DNA from: the human T2T-CHM13v2.0 reference genome, Homo sapiens
Assembly (NCBI RefSeq): GCF_009914755.1
Contig: NC_060935.1
Direction: 5' to 3' (one strand)
DNA length: 64,000 bases
The notes under the pieces were generated by a model. It was not told where the DNA came from. It made no database searches and saw nothing but the letters and a program-made list of their open reading frames with translations. Position numbers and translations under genes: made by a program. This document shows, in pieces, positions 29,355 through 43,635 of this stretch; position 1 is the stretch's first letter, and each line of letters opens with the position of its first letter.

Positions 29355-31222
29355 TTAACATTTATTTAAAAATTTTAATTGACAAATAATAATTGTACAT
29401 ACTCATGAAGTACATAGTGATGTTTTGATACATATAATGTATAGTGATCACATTGGGCTAATTAGCATATTCATCATCTCAAACATTTATCATTTCCTTG
29501 TGTTGGGAATGTTTAAGATCCTCCTCCTAGCTAACCGAAACTATATAATACATTATTGTTAACTATAGCCATCCCACAGTGGTATAGAACACTAGACTTT
29601 ATTTTTCTTATTTAGCTGTGATTTTGTATTCTTCAACAAATCTCTCCCTATCTTTCCCTTCCTCCAACCCTTCTTAGTCTCTAGTATCCTCTGTTCTAAT
29701 TTTTACTTCAATGAGAACAACTTTTTTTAGTTTCTACATATTAGTGAGAAAATGCAGTGTTTAGCTTGTTTCACTTGACATACTGTCCTCCAGTTCCATC
29801 CATGTTGCTATGAATGACAGAATTTCATTTCTTTTTTATGGCTGAATAGTATTCCATGTTGTATATATACCACATTTTCTTTATTGATTCATCTCCTGTT
29901 GAACTAGGTTGATTCCATAACTTAGCTATCATGGACTGTGCTGCAATAAACATGGAGGTGCAGCTATTTATTCAATATACTAATTTCCTTTCTCTTGGTG
30001 AAATGCCCAGTAGCAGGATTGCTGAATCATATGGTTGTTCTATTTGTAGTTTTTTGAGGAACTTCCATACTGTTCATAGCAGCTGTACTAGTTTTCGTTC
30101 CCACCAAAAATGTATGAGTTCCCTTTTCTCTGTATCTTTGCCAACATTTGTTCTTCTTTTTCTTTTTGATAATGGCCATCCTAACTGGGGTGAGATGACA
30201 CCCCATTGTGGTTTTGATGTGCATTTCCCTGATTACTAGTGATGTTGAACATTTTTTTTCATATATTTCTTGGCCATTTGTGTATCTTCTTTTGAGAAAT
30301 GTCTGTCCAGATCATTTGCCTATTTTTTTTCCTGTGGAGATGTTTGAGTTCCTTGTATATTCTGGATATTGACCCCTTGTCAGATGAGTAGTTCGTGACC
30401 ATTTTCTCCCATTCTATAGGTTATATTTTTACTTTGTTGATTGTTTCCCTTACTGTGCAGAAGCTTTGCTATTTGATATAATCCCATATTTGTTTATTTT
30501 TGCTTTGGTTGCCTGTGCTTTTGAGGTCTTATTCATAAAATCTTCTCCAATACCAACATCCTGAAGCATTTCCCTTATATTTTCTTTGAGTAGTTTTATA
30601 GTTTTGGGTCTTACGTTTAGGTATTTGGCCATTTTGAGTTGATTTTAGTATAGGATGAGAGATGGAGGTCTGTTTTCATTCTTTTACATATCCAGTTTTC
30701 CCAACACCATTTATTGAAGAGGGTGTCCTTTCCTCAGTGAGTGTTCTTGGCATCTTTGTCAAAAATCAGTTGGCTGTAGATATGTGGGTTAATTTCTGGG
30801 TTCTCTATTCCGTTCCACTGACCTATATGTCTGTATTTATGCCAATGCCATGTGGTTTTGGTTGCTACAGCTCTGTAGTATATTTTGAAGTTTGATAGTA
30901 TGATGTCTCCAGCTTTGTTCTTTTTGTTCAGGATTACTTTGGTTATTTGGGGTCTTTTGTGGTTCCACACAAATTTTAGAACTTTTTTTCCCATTTCTGT
31001 GAAGAATGTCATTGGTATTTTGATAGGGATTGCATTGAATCTGTAGACTGCTTTGGGTAGTATTGTCATTTTAAGAATATTAATGCTTCTGATCCATGAG
31101 TATGGGATGTCTTTCCAGTTGTTTGCATCTTCTTAAATTTCTTTCATCACTGTTTTGTAGTTTTCCATAGAAGTCTTTTACTGCTTCTGTTAACTTTATT
31201 CCTAGGTATTTTATTTTACATT
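29355..31222 (-). mobile_element. Older L1MA-like LINE, 5' truncated (3' UTR plus ORF2 end)
   Basis: TTGACAAATAATAATTGTACATA.. 3' end; degenerate ORF2 peptides ([17 protein letters not shown]). Confidence 0.88.
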
Positions 31223-31227
31223 TTTAA

Positions 31228-31470
31228 TAACATAGGTTTTAGTGTCAGATCCAAATTCAAATTCTGGTTCCAACTTTTATGAGCTGTGTGTCCCTAGGAA
31301 AGTGACTTAAGCTTCTCTGACTCTGTTTTCTTAATTATAAAATGGGAATAACACCAACCTCATAATATAGTTATGGAGATTAGCTGAGACCGTAATTAGA
31401 AAGTGCAATATGTACCCAATATGACATGAAAGCACTGGGCATATGATCTGGCACATAGTTTACCCTCAGG
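31228..31470 (+). mobile_element. MIR SINE
   Basis: GAGCTGTGTGTCCCTAGGAAAGTGACTTAAGCTTCTCTGACTCTGTTTTC. Confidence 0.75.
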
Positions 31471-31545
31471 TGCTAAAGTGGTGTTTGAAGAAGTTGAGGC
31501 AAGCTGAGGTGTGTATAATCAGTTGAAGGTCAAGAGATCCATGTG

Positions 31546-31837
31546 GGCCGGGTGCGGTGACTCACGCCTGTAATCCTAACACTTTAGGAGGCTGAGGTGG
31601 GTGGATCGCCTGAGGTCAGGAGTTCGAGACCAGCCTAGCCAACATGGCGAAACCCCGTCTGTATTAAAAATACAAAAATTAGCAGGGCGTGGTATTGTGT
31701 GCCTGTAATCCCAGGTACTCAGGAGGCTGAGGCAGGAGAAATTGCTTGAACCCAGGAGGCAGAGATTGTGGTGAGCCAAGATCACACCACTGCACTCCAG
31801 CCTGGACAACAGAGCGAGACTCTGTCTCAAAAAAAAA
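31546..31837 (+). mobile_element. Alu (AluSx-like), full length
   Basis: GGCCGGGTGCGGTG..polyA; 14-bp TSD AAGAGATCCATGTG (31532-31545, 31838-31851). Confidence 0.95.
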
Positions 31838-32239
31838 AAGAGATCCATGTGCCTGTTGGGCTGGACCAAGGGGTCTGTTGGCTTTGGGGTTGTTTAGGCC
31901 ATGGAAGTGGGAGGTTTTTCATGCATGAAATTCTCTGGTCACAGCCAGAGAAGCTGCAATTTTGACCTCATCAGTCCCAGCAAAGAGGACCAATTTGTGT
32001 AAAGTCTAGTGTGCCACAGACCTTTAAGTGAGACCTTTACCAAATTGGGAAAGTTAGTCACAATTGTCATGTAGGTCCTTTGCCACAGTTACAGTCTGCC
32101 CAGCTCCAGGGCTTCTTAGGGGACATCTCAGAGCCGAAGGAAGCCTGGTAAGAGAACATTCCCCCTTCTGGACCTCAGTCTCCCATCTATGCACTGACGG
32201 TGATGGATGAGATGGGAGGGTTGGGCCCCGCCTGCAAAG

Positions 32240-32500
32240 TGAGAATATTGGCTCCAGAGACAGGAAACCTAGTTCTAATCCCACATATACCTCTCCCTGG
32301 GTGTGCCACCTTGGACAAGTTCCTCAACCTGAGCCTTAGTTTCCTTGTTTTCAAAAAAAAAAAAAAAAAGAAGAAGAAGAAGAAGAGATAATGATAATAT
32401 CTGGCAGCCCATTCCACAAGGAGGCATAAACAAATATATTCATGTGAAATGCTCTGTGTTGGGCTGGCATGTGGCAAACACCCAATAGATGATGGCTACT
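32240..32500 (+). mobile_element. MIR with an internal A-tract/(GAA)n run at 32353-32387
   Basis: CTTGGACAAGTTCCTCAACCTGAGCCTTAGTTTCC followed by A17 and (GAA)n. Confidence 0.7.
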
Positions 32501-32859
32501 TTAATCACCACTGGGGAGAATCTCCTGTTGCTGACACTCTTGGAGCCAGTATGTCTCCCTCCCACTCTGGCCCCAGGGTTTGGCTCCCTGGATGTTCCCC
32601 ATCCGGTCAGGAAGTGCCTCACAGCCTGAGGCAGCAGAGGAGTTGGACTTGTCCGGTGGGAGAGGAGCCAGTGGACATTATGTTCCTTCCCAGGAATGGG
32701 AAAGGGAGAATGTTCCTGGGCGAGGAGCAAGGCTCTGGGGCAAGCACACCCAGGAACATCCACTCCCGCTTCCCCACTGCCCAGAGCCAAGCGTAGTGCA
32801 GGGCCCTGTGAGGAGGAAGACACCAGAGCAGAGGTGCCGGCCTGCCTCAGGCTCCTGGC

Positions 32860-33215
32860 AATCAGGGCACACTCGTACAGAGTATATGTTCTCACACATT
32901 CACAGATATCCCCACACCCCGTACACACATGGTGAGTGACACAGATATATATTCGAAAGCCTCTCAGAAATGTACTCACGCATCCACGCTCACGTGGCCA
33001 TGCACTCATCTACATTCAGGTGTACACATGTAACTCACAGATCCTGAAGTCCGGATTCCTACACATACACTCACACATACACAAGGAAACTCACTCATTC
33101 CCATACACTTACCCATATTCACAAATACAGTTGCCAACACAATCACACAGGTGTCGACATTCATGAACACATATATAAAAATGCATACCAGAAACATGCA
33201 CATATAATTATACTC
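32860..33215. repeat. Degenerate CA-rich low-complexity tract
   Basis: Decayed (CA)/(CATA) repeats. Confidence 0.7.
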
Positions 33216-33916
33216 AAAGAACCAGGTACACCAAGGTCCCCTACCCTTCTAGTCTTCTGGAATCATTGATTACCATAATATCCAAATAAAATGGCTCAAG
33301 CTCTATCCCAGCTACTCTGAGAGGCGCTCCCTCCCCGGTACTCCCATGGAGTTCACCTGCCAGGTGCATTTGCCACCCTGACCTTGCTGCAAGCACCTGA
33401 GACTACAGCCCTATCTCCTATGCCCACCTTTGTTCCAAAATTCTCATTGACACAAGGTTCTTGAAGCTACCCAGCTTTTGCTGAAAATATAAGAGTGGGC
33501 AGAAAACAGCCCTATGTTTCTAAAATGTGGTGGCCATTCATTGTCTCCGTGGAGTGCAGCCTCCCGCTCTGCCTCAGTGTCTCCATCCTCATTTCCTCGT
33601 CACATCTCTCTCTCCCACCATTTCTGAGCCCTTGCCCCAACCCCACTCACCAGCCTTCACCCATCAAGCCTCTGGAACTCCCAGAGAACAAGACCAAAAT
33701 ATCATTTTAGGCAGAGCCATTCAGTCCTCTCTTGTATTTCTCCTATCCCTTCTGGCTCAGGGACCAAAGGGGCCCATTAGGCTCTTTCCTAGACTAATAA
33801 TAATAATAAAGCTATGTAAGAAAAACTCTCTGGAAAGGAATTGTGCCTCTCTCCTAAAAGGCAGAAGTGGTTTCAGACAGTATTTGATGTCAGCGACATT
33901 TTTCTTACGCACTTGC

Positions 33917-33979
33917 GCACACACACACACGTACAGACACACACACTCTTTGCCTCTTTCTTTTTTTCTCTCTCTCTCT

Positions 33980-34017
<38 letters not shown>
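33917..34017. repeat. Compound (CA)n / (CT)n / (AC)18 microsatellite
   Basis: Direct reading. Confidence 0.95.
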
Positions 34018-34018
<1 letters not shown>

Positions 34019-34450
34019 CCTAGGAGAATTAATTTCCTGTTTCCTACTCTCCTCCCACTCCCCCTCCCATCTTTGGACAGTTGCTGGAAACCAAGAGGCT
34101 GGACCCTCAAATAGGTCCTAGACAGGGACAGGGGTAGGGTGGGGAGAACAGACCTTGTTAGGAAAGGAGTCAGGGAAGGACCTGAATGGGCCTCAGTTTT
34201 GAAGGGCACCAATGTATTTACTAAATCACACCCTGCACTTTCCCGCCTCTCAACCTCTGCTCTCACAGTGCCTCACCCTGGAATGGCCGCATCAACCCTC
34301 CAGCTCTGGCTAAGTCCTCCGTTCCCAAAGTCTTAGCCTCTGTCAGTCCCAAATGACTCTCTCACTATAATAATCCTCATAAGCTGTCATGTGCACCTCT
34401 ACCAAAATTCTGTACCCTCTGATTTATGAGGCAGCCCCTGGGGCCGCTAC

Positions 34451-34553
34451 ATGTTTCCCCAACTCTGTGGTGAACTTCTGGGGAATGCGACCTATGTTCC
34501 CCCAACTCTGTGGTGAACTTCTGGGGAATGCGACCTATGTTCCCCCAACTCTG
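34451..34553. repeat. 43-bp tandem repeat, 2.4 copies, inside an L2 3' end
   Basis: Unit ATGTTCCCCCAACTCTGTGGTGAACTTCTGGGGAATGCGACCT at 34451 and 34494, partial copy at 34537. Confidence 0.95.
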
Positions 34554-34852
34554 AGTCCCTAGTATACCCAGTATACACAGCCTGGCACAAAGAATGCTCA
34601 ATAAATTATATATCATTTGCTTCATCTCTCTGTATCTAGAACTCATTAAAATCTGTGTCATCAATATCTCCATCATCAATATCTACCTACATAAAGCCTA
34701 CCTGGCTTAGCCCCAAATCCTCAACCTGAGCAAGAAGAAGCTGATTTCTGCTCCTGCCTTTACTACTTCTTGGTTTTCTGACACTGAGAAGGTCATTTAG
34801 CTTCTCCAGATTTTTGTTTTCTCATGTGCAAGATAAAGGAGTTGAACAAAGA

Positions 34853-35468
<616 letters not shown>

Positions 35469-35526
35469 TTACTATATTTATTACAAAAATGGCCTGAATT
35501 GCCCCTTTCATTTTATCCATGGCCCT

Positions 35527-35850
35527 TTCTTTTTTTTTTTTCTTTTATTTTATTATTACTATACTTTAAGTTTTAGGGTACATGTGCACAATGTGCAGGT
35601 TAGTTACATATGTATACATGTGCCACACTGGTGCACTGCACCCACTAACTTGTCATCTAGCATTAGGTATATCTCCCAATGCTATCCCTCCCCCTTTCCC
35701 CCACCCCACAACAGTCCCCGGCGTGTGATGTTCCCCCTCCTGTGTCCATGTGTTCTCATTGTTCAATTCCCACCTATGAGTGAGAACATGCGGTGTTTGG
35801 TTTTTTGTCCTTGTGATAGTTTGCTGAGAATGAGGGTTTCCAGTTTCATC
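35527..35850 (-). mobile_element. L1PA3-like 3' end fragment (about 320 bp)
   Basis: PolyT plus TATACTTTAAGTTTTAGGGTACATG..GTTAGTTAC..CCACTAAC..CATCTAGCATTAGG. Confidence 0.9.
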
Positions 35851-38239
35851 TGAGGGCCTTTCCAGCTTTTGCCAAAACAAGATTCTCACCTCATAAAATG
35901 CCCATGTAAGACAGAAAGCACAACAAGTGTTTTTTTATGGATTTAGGGCTATCTTTCCTTTTGTATCTAGAGTCACTGACTACCTTTCCCCTTCCTACCA
36001 AGACTAGTGTGCTCTCATTACCTCCCCTGGCCTCTACTTTCTCATCTAGCTAAAGGGAACTCTCACAGCACTTCACTCTCAGTGTTTTAAGGAGAGACTT
36101 GCATTCAAAGCTGATGAAAGCAAACCCCCGGCACTGAGTGTGGCACCTAGAAGGCACCCTCTGAGTGGTGGCTGTGGTGACCACTAGTGTCCCAGGAGAT
36201 GGATGCCTCCATGGGCATCATGCCCGGCTTGTGGCTGGAGTTTGCAATCCGAGGGCAAGGATTGCTCAGTGATTAGGAGCCTGTGTGCTGTCAGACATCT
36301 AATTAGCCATCGTCTTCCCAGGAGACAGCTCAGTTGTGCAATTTTTATTTCCATATTTTACACATTCTCCATCAGCAAGAGAGACCCACGCCAATCTTTC
36401 ACCAGCCTCATTGTTTGTTTGCATTCCAGCTGTGCCAACTGCCCACTTCTTACTTTACTCTGGTTCCCACCCGCCAGGGAACATGCCTGTTGGCAGGCAG
36501 GGTGGGGGTGTGGGGAATAGCTATTACATGTCGCTTCAAAGGCCCATCTTCAAGACCAGCACACTAAGGACAGCTGTATTGGTTGGATTTCCTGCCTGGC
36601 ACAGGGATCAGTGAGAGCACACCCCCATTACCATCTATTTATAGGGACGGTTTGGTGCGGTACAAAGAACATTGGGTTTGGCATCAAACAGGATTGGTCT
36701 TTTTTCTAGCAATTTAATTTACCTCTCTGAGCCTTGGCTTCCTTATCAGTTAAATCAAGACCTTGAATAATTCACATTATGAGGCTGTTGCAAGGCTGTA
36801 TGCTTCCATACATATTTATTGGGTTTGTCCAAATGAAATAATGTTCATGTCTGCGCTTTGCAAACTGAAAGTGTTGTCTAGGTGGGAGTTATTCCACAAT
36901 TGCAGACTGTCTTTGATTATTCAACGAGCTTTTATCAAGTTTAGATTATCCAGACTCATTATTATGAGATTATTAAACTGGCCAACCCTTCCTGCCTGCT
37001 GTTGCCTGTTTTGTGGTTTTCATTGTGGTCAGTTCAAAGAGGCTGATTCCTTGGAGCAAACTCAGCAGGGAAAGATGTGTCTCCTGAAGCTATTATTGAT
37101 GGCAGTTGTTCCTATCTCATCGGAATATGCCTTCGACCTTTCTCCTACTTAGAAAACTACTCAGTGCTCTCCACTGGGCTAGAAACCACGGATGTTATAA
37201 AAGAAATATAAGCCTGAGTTCATGACTTCTACATGCTCCATCTAACTAGGAGAGCAAAAATCCACACAGCATTTAGCAAGCAGCTTTTATGTGCAAGGCA
37301 CTGTACCCACATGCATTTTATCCAAACCCTTTAAGAAGATGTTATTAGTCCCACTTCACAGACAAAGAAACTGAAGCCCAAAGAGTTTGTCACTTTCCAA
37401 GCTCACACAGCTAGTCAGGGTGGAGCCTGAAGATGCTGCCTCCTTTTGAAACTGTACTACGACTGTCTATTTTGTCTCTTCCTCTTCTACATTCTAAGCT
37501 CCTGGGGGTGGGAGCTGGGTCTGTTCATCGCAGTGCCTGGCAGAGGCCCCTCAGAAGACAGCGACCACTGAGATAGCTCATTCCGTGCCCCCAGCTCCTC
37601 CCTGTCTCTCCCAACTAACCTCTCCTCCTAGCCACATCCCAGGACTTTTGCCTTCCCGATCTCCCTGCCCGCAATTCAGGGGCCTCTTCTTGGCTGCCAG
37701 GTTGTTGAGGCAAGTGAAGGCTTGACCTGGGCCTGGGGCTCCTGGCTAAGCTCCTGATTTTGTCTCCCCAGACAGAGAGGGAGGTCCCTGGCATTCAGGA
37801 CACTGGGTCCTTACCTGCCAACAGGGCTAAGAGGTACTCAGCCCGCCAAGAGGCCGCGGTGCTCACAGCTGCCAGTGGAGACACAGCCCAGGAGGCCTGG
37901 TCAGTGGTTGCCTGGAGATTGAGAAATGTGTTGGCTCCAGCCTGGCTCCCTCATCTGAGAAATCAGGGGAACCTGACCCAACAGCCCAGTGTGTTTCCAC
38001 AGTGTCTGGGGCAGCCGGCAAATCAGGCCTGCCTGACGGAGCTCGGGCCCAGGGAAAAGCAGCCTGTTCCTTCACTCTCCCCATGTTCACGGACTGCTGC
38101 CAGGGGAAGCATTTTGAGTGTTTGCTCAGGCTGGGACTGATGCGCAGGCCTCCTATCTCTGCAGGGTCTAGCCACCGGGTGTCATGGAGAAATGGGGCAT
38201 GTCTGGCTTCGGCCTTTGCTCCATAAAGTGCACTGGGAG

Positions 38240-38460
38240 GACCCCTGTTCAGAAGGTAGGCCTAGTTTGGATTCCAAGCTCTACTACTTACCAGCTGTGT
38301 GGCCTCTTGGACAAGTCACTTAACTTCTCTGAGCTGCTTCTTTATCTGACAAATGGGGATCATAACAGCAAACTTAATAGAACTGGCATAGGATGGACTT
38401 ATGAAATAATAAATTTAAACAGCCTAGCACACAGGAAATACTTCATAAAGGTATGTTCCT
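38240..38460 (+). mobile_element. MIR SINE
   Basis: CTACTACTTACCAGCTGTGTGGCCTCTTGGACAAGTCACTTAACTTCTCTGAG. Confidence 0.8.
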
Positions 38461-38717
38461 TCCTTCTGTCACACTGTGCCAAGGCTTCCAAACTTTTTCT
38501 TGCCCCTCTCACCTGTGTCCACAACATGCAGAGAGGCCAGAGCTCTGGCTTTGACACTGACCACCGTGGAGCAGGTTTGCTGCATAGGTTTCCCTGCACT
38601 GGGCCTGGGCCTTGGTTGCCACCACACTGCTCTCATACCCCCATTGTCCTCAGCACACACATGTGAGGGAGGTGGCATTGAGTAAATGTGTAGGTTATCA
38701 TCAAGGAACAGCCCATC

Positions 38718-38953
38718 CTAAATGACAAGAACTTACCAACACAAAGAAGGAAACAACAGACCCTGGGGTCTACTTGAAGGTGGAGGGTGGGAGGAGGGAG
38801 GGGAATAGAAAAGATAACTACTGGGTATTGGGCTTAATTCCTGGGTGATGAAATAATCTGTACAACAAACCCCCATGACATGAGTTTACCTGTGTAATAA
38901 ACCTTCACATGTACCTCCAAACCTAAAAGTTTTTTTTAATTGTGTAAAAAGAA
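38718..38953 (+). mobile_element. L1PA12/13-like 3' end fragment
   Basis: CTGGGTGATGAAATAATCTGTACAACAAACCCCCATGACA..; degenerate TSD AAGGAACA(G/A)CCC(A/C)TC at 38703-38717 and 38954-38968. Confidence 0.85.
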
Positions 38954-38989
38954 AAGGAACAACCCCTCACAAATATATGTATTAACTGA

Positions 38990-39858
38990 CTTCATTTATT
39001 CGTCCATCCATTCATTCGTTCCTTCAAAAAAACATTTACTCAACTGCTACTCTTGGAAGGGACACATATTCTGGACCCCAGGGATATAGAGGTGAGCAAA
39101 TACAGCCCCTGTCCAGTGTCTAGGAAGTGGGGGAAATGGACAAGGGAAGAGGCAATTAAACATTTCACAGGTTAGGTACATTGGTAGAAGAGAAGGACAG
39201 AATTCTGGGGCACTGCAGAGATGAGGCTCCTAACTCAGCCTAGGAAAACAAGATAGGCTTCCCAGAATAAGTGATGCCAGACTGTTGGAGGATAATTAGG
39301 AACTATCTAGGCAGAAAATAAAGGGGAAAATGTTGTAGAAGAGACAGTATAGCTTGCAAAGACCTATTGGTTTCAAGAACATGCCCATGTATTTGTTAGA
39401 GTACGTTAACTGCTGTAATAAGTGTCTACAAAATTTCAGTGATTTCAAACAATAAAAGTGTGTTTCTTGCTCATGAAGTGGTCCTGCGCTGGTGTTCCTG
39501 ATTTCATTGTGTGACTCTGCCATCGTTTGGCTCCTTAGAATCTATCACTTCTAGCCATGTCCCCAGGAGGAAACGGAAATTGCTTTTGGTGAATATATAG
39601 CAGTATCGCAGGAAGTGATATAAGATGTGGTTGTACTGGTAGGCAAGACCAGAGTGTACAGGCGATATATGCCAAGCTAGGGAGTTTGAATTTTATCCTG
39701 AAAGTAGTGCAGAATCATCAGAATTTTTTTAACACAGCAATGCATAATCAGATTTGCTTTTTAGACCAATTACTCCAGCTGCAGTGTGGACGACAGATTA
39801 TGAAAAGAGAGGCTAGAAGCAGTAGCACCAGTCAGAATGGTATTATGGTAATGTAGGC
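38990..39858 (-). mobile_element. L2 fragments with an internal MLT1-type LTR fragment (about 39388-39560)
   Basis: TCATTTATTCGTCCATCCATTCATTC antisense L2 tail; GGAGTTTGAATTTTATCCTG. Confidence 0.65.
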
Positions 39859-40307
39859 TGTCTTAGTCAGTCTAGTGTTACTATGAGAGAATACCTGAGG
39901 ATTGGTAATTTACAAAGAAAAGAGGTTTATTTGGCTTATGATTCTGATGGCTGGAAAGTCCAAGATTGGGCAGCTGCATCTGGTAAGGGTTTCATACTGC
40001 TTCCACTCATGGCAGAACGTGGAAGGGAGGCAGATGTGTTCAAAGAGATCACATAGCAAGAGAGGAGGGAATAGACAGTCTAGAAAGAAAAACTTGTATT
40101 TATAACAACCTGCCCTCTGGTAACTAACCCAGTCCCATGAGAGCGAGAACTCACCTACTTCTTTTGGGAGGGCATTAATTTATTCATGAGGATAAACTCT
40201 CGTGACCCAAACACCTCCCACTAGACCCTATCTCCCAACACTATTGCATTGGCAATTAAACTTCAGCATGAGTTTTGGTGGGGACAAACCACATCCAAAC
40301 CATAGCA
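39859..40307 (-). mobile_element. MaLR solo LTR (MSTB-like)
   Basis: TGTCTTAGTC..AAGAAAAGAGGTTTATTTGGCT..ATCCAAACCATAGCA; TSD TAGGC/CAGGC. Confidence 0.88.
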
Positions 40308-40909
40308 CAGGCCATCTTACCTTAAGGATAGGTGAGCAGAGGGTATTGGAAGGAAGAGGGGGGTGTTAAAAGTCCTAAAAGGTAATCTGAGTCATCAATT
40401 GGAATTTGTATTGCAGTGAAGCTAGAATAGCTTTTAGGTCCATGTCTAGTTCAATGGCTAAGTGACCATTATGCTCATGAAATGACAACGAACTTATCTG
40501 AGAGCTGTTTTCACAAGCCTGAATCTCACCTATTAGAGGACTGGTCAATAGATTTGGTCAGTACATTTTGTTAGCTTTTGGAGAAATCATAGATATGTCT
40601 GTTGTTGTCTTAACATCTGTGTCTTTTATTCTGTTCCCCACTCTGTTCTCCATATATGTTTCTTATGCCTTTGTTTCCCCCTAGAGAAGCAATGACTTGC
40701 CCCTGAATATCAGTGGGTAGAGAGAGATTTCCTTATCCCTACAAAGCGGCTCTTGGTCTGTAGCTGACTATACTCAAACCACCTTCTGGAAGGCCCTGCC
40801 TGTAACTTAAGGGCTCATCACTCTGGAAGGGACCCAGGAGACTGCAGACTTACTTTATACCAGGAGAGAGAAGGATTCAAGTCTGTGCATGCAATTCTCT
40901 TGGAATTAA

Positions 40910-41208
<299 letters not shown>

Positions 41209-41909
41209 GAGTTCTGCAGTCTTTAAGTCTTCCTTCACTTACTGTGAAGGATGCTAAAACTTCAGACTCACACCTTTCAGGTTGATATACAAGACCTGGT
41301 CAGTCCAGAATCCAGCTGGTGTAGAGCCACACCTCATGAAATGTGATAATGAGTTTCCTCTTAAAAGAAAGGAGCTTCAGTGCTGAAAATTAAAAATATT
41401 CAAATGGGCCAGATGTGATTCCAGCGTAGCTCAGCAGTTCTAACTTAAGCCTTCTATAAAGCAACCAGTAAAATACCTCTGGGCCGTCTTTTTATGCTTC
41501 ATCCAAGAAAACAAGTTTTCCATGGTCTTGGGAAGCCTCACTACTTCCCATGTGCAAAACATAAGCTTGCCACAGCCTGGGTTCTTGGGATTGTCCCTAT
41601 CCCAACAGAAAGCTTCAAAGTACCTTCCTGGAAAACGTAGGTAGTGGCTACCTGGCTGGTTTCTGTGACTAATACCTGGCCCATTGAGTTGAGATTTGGC
41701 CTCCTGGCCACATGGAGGACCACAAACTTCTGCCTGGTCAGGCCTCTGTTCTCTGTATTCCCTTCCCTAGCTGCTGATCTTGCCTCCACCTTCAATCTTT
41801 GTGCACCTCCCTTCAGCCCCCATTTACCTCTGAGCTCATGAATCCCTGACATATTTCTTCCACTCAACCCATCTTGCCAATGTTGACACACACAAGGTGG
41901 TTTGGGATC

Positions 41910-42305
41910 TGCATCAGTCCATTCTTGCATTGCTATAAAGAAATAACTGAGGCTGGCTAATTTATAAAGAAAAGAAGTTTAATTGGCTTGCCGTTCTGCA
42001 GGCTGTACAGGAAGTGTAGCCCCGGCATCTGCTTCTGGGGAGGCCTCAGGAAGCTTTTACTCATGCAGAAGGCAAAGGGAGAGCAGGCATCTCATGTGGC
42101 AAGAATTGGAGCAAGGGGGTGGAGGATGTCACACACTTAAACGACCAGATCTCATGTGAACTCATTTATCACTGAGGTGATGGCCTAAGCCATTCATGAG
42201 GGATCTGCCTCCATGAGGCAAACACCTCCCACTGGGCCCCACCCCCAACACTGGGGATTACTTTCCAACATGAGATTGGGTAAGGACAGTATCCAAACTA
42301 TATCA
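41910..42305 (-). mobile_element. MaLR solo LTR (MSTA-like)
   Basis: CATTCTTGCATTGCTATAAAGAAATAACTGAG..ATCCAAACTATATCA; TSD GGATC/GGATT. Confidence 0.9.
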
Positions 42306-43017
42306 GGATTCTTCATAGCGAGTGGGCATTTTGTTCTCTTTATTTCCAGGTATCTTCTTAGGGTAGGCCAGTGAGTTGGCTTTTATTTCAGATACAGATT
42401 TCTGATCAATTATTGAGTACTTACTATGTGCTAAATATTCTACATATGTTATCTAAAATACTCAGGGTAACCTTAGGAGGTATATATTGATACGTCACTT
42501 GTAATGGACACAAAATTGTCTGCCTTGAACCCTCATTTGTAGAAACTTCTTACACAAATCTTTATGGTTTCAGCAGGAGCTACTAGATTTCTACATGATC
42601 CTACTTCCTGGGCCCACACGATTGATCCAGGAGTGAGCACCCGATAAAGACTGGGCCAATCATTCCCTTTGATACTGGGAAGTTTGCTACTGGGCATAAA
42701 AGAAGAAAATGAGTTTCACTCTCTGTGTCTGAACAGTAGTAAGTAAAACCCAGGGACCTTTATAACCATGCTTCCCACCACATGCACTACAAAAGCAACC
42801 TTTGTGCTTGAGAAAGCAGAACTTTCTGGAAGCAATAATGTGAAGGAGTAAGACATATGTGGTGGATTAAGACAGACCTGAGTTGCAAGCCTCATTTTGC
42901 CAGTTACTAACCATGTGATTTGGACTGACAATACTAACACTATCTAACAGTTGTTGAATTTTTATGATGTGCCAGGTACTGTTCCAAAGCTTTATATGCA
43001 AGGTCTTATATGCATTA

Positions 43018-43635
<618 letters not shown>

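Noticed and set aside
32929-32937. Additional strong donor-like 9-mers (ATG|GTGAGT; also near 58075 and 62193)
   Set aside because: No matching acceptor or exon context; expected by chance in 64 kb
34451-34553. 43-bp repeat as a CRISPR-like array
   Set aside because: Head-to-tail copies without unique spacers, eukaryotic context, no cas genes
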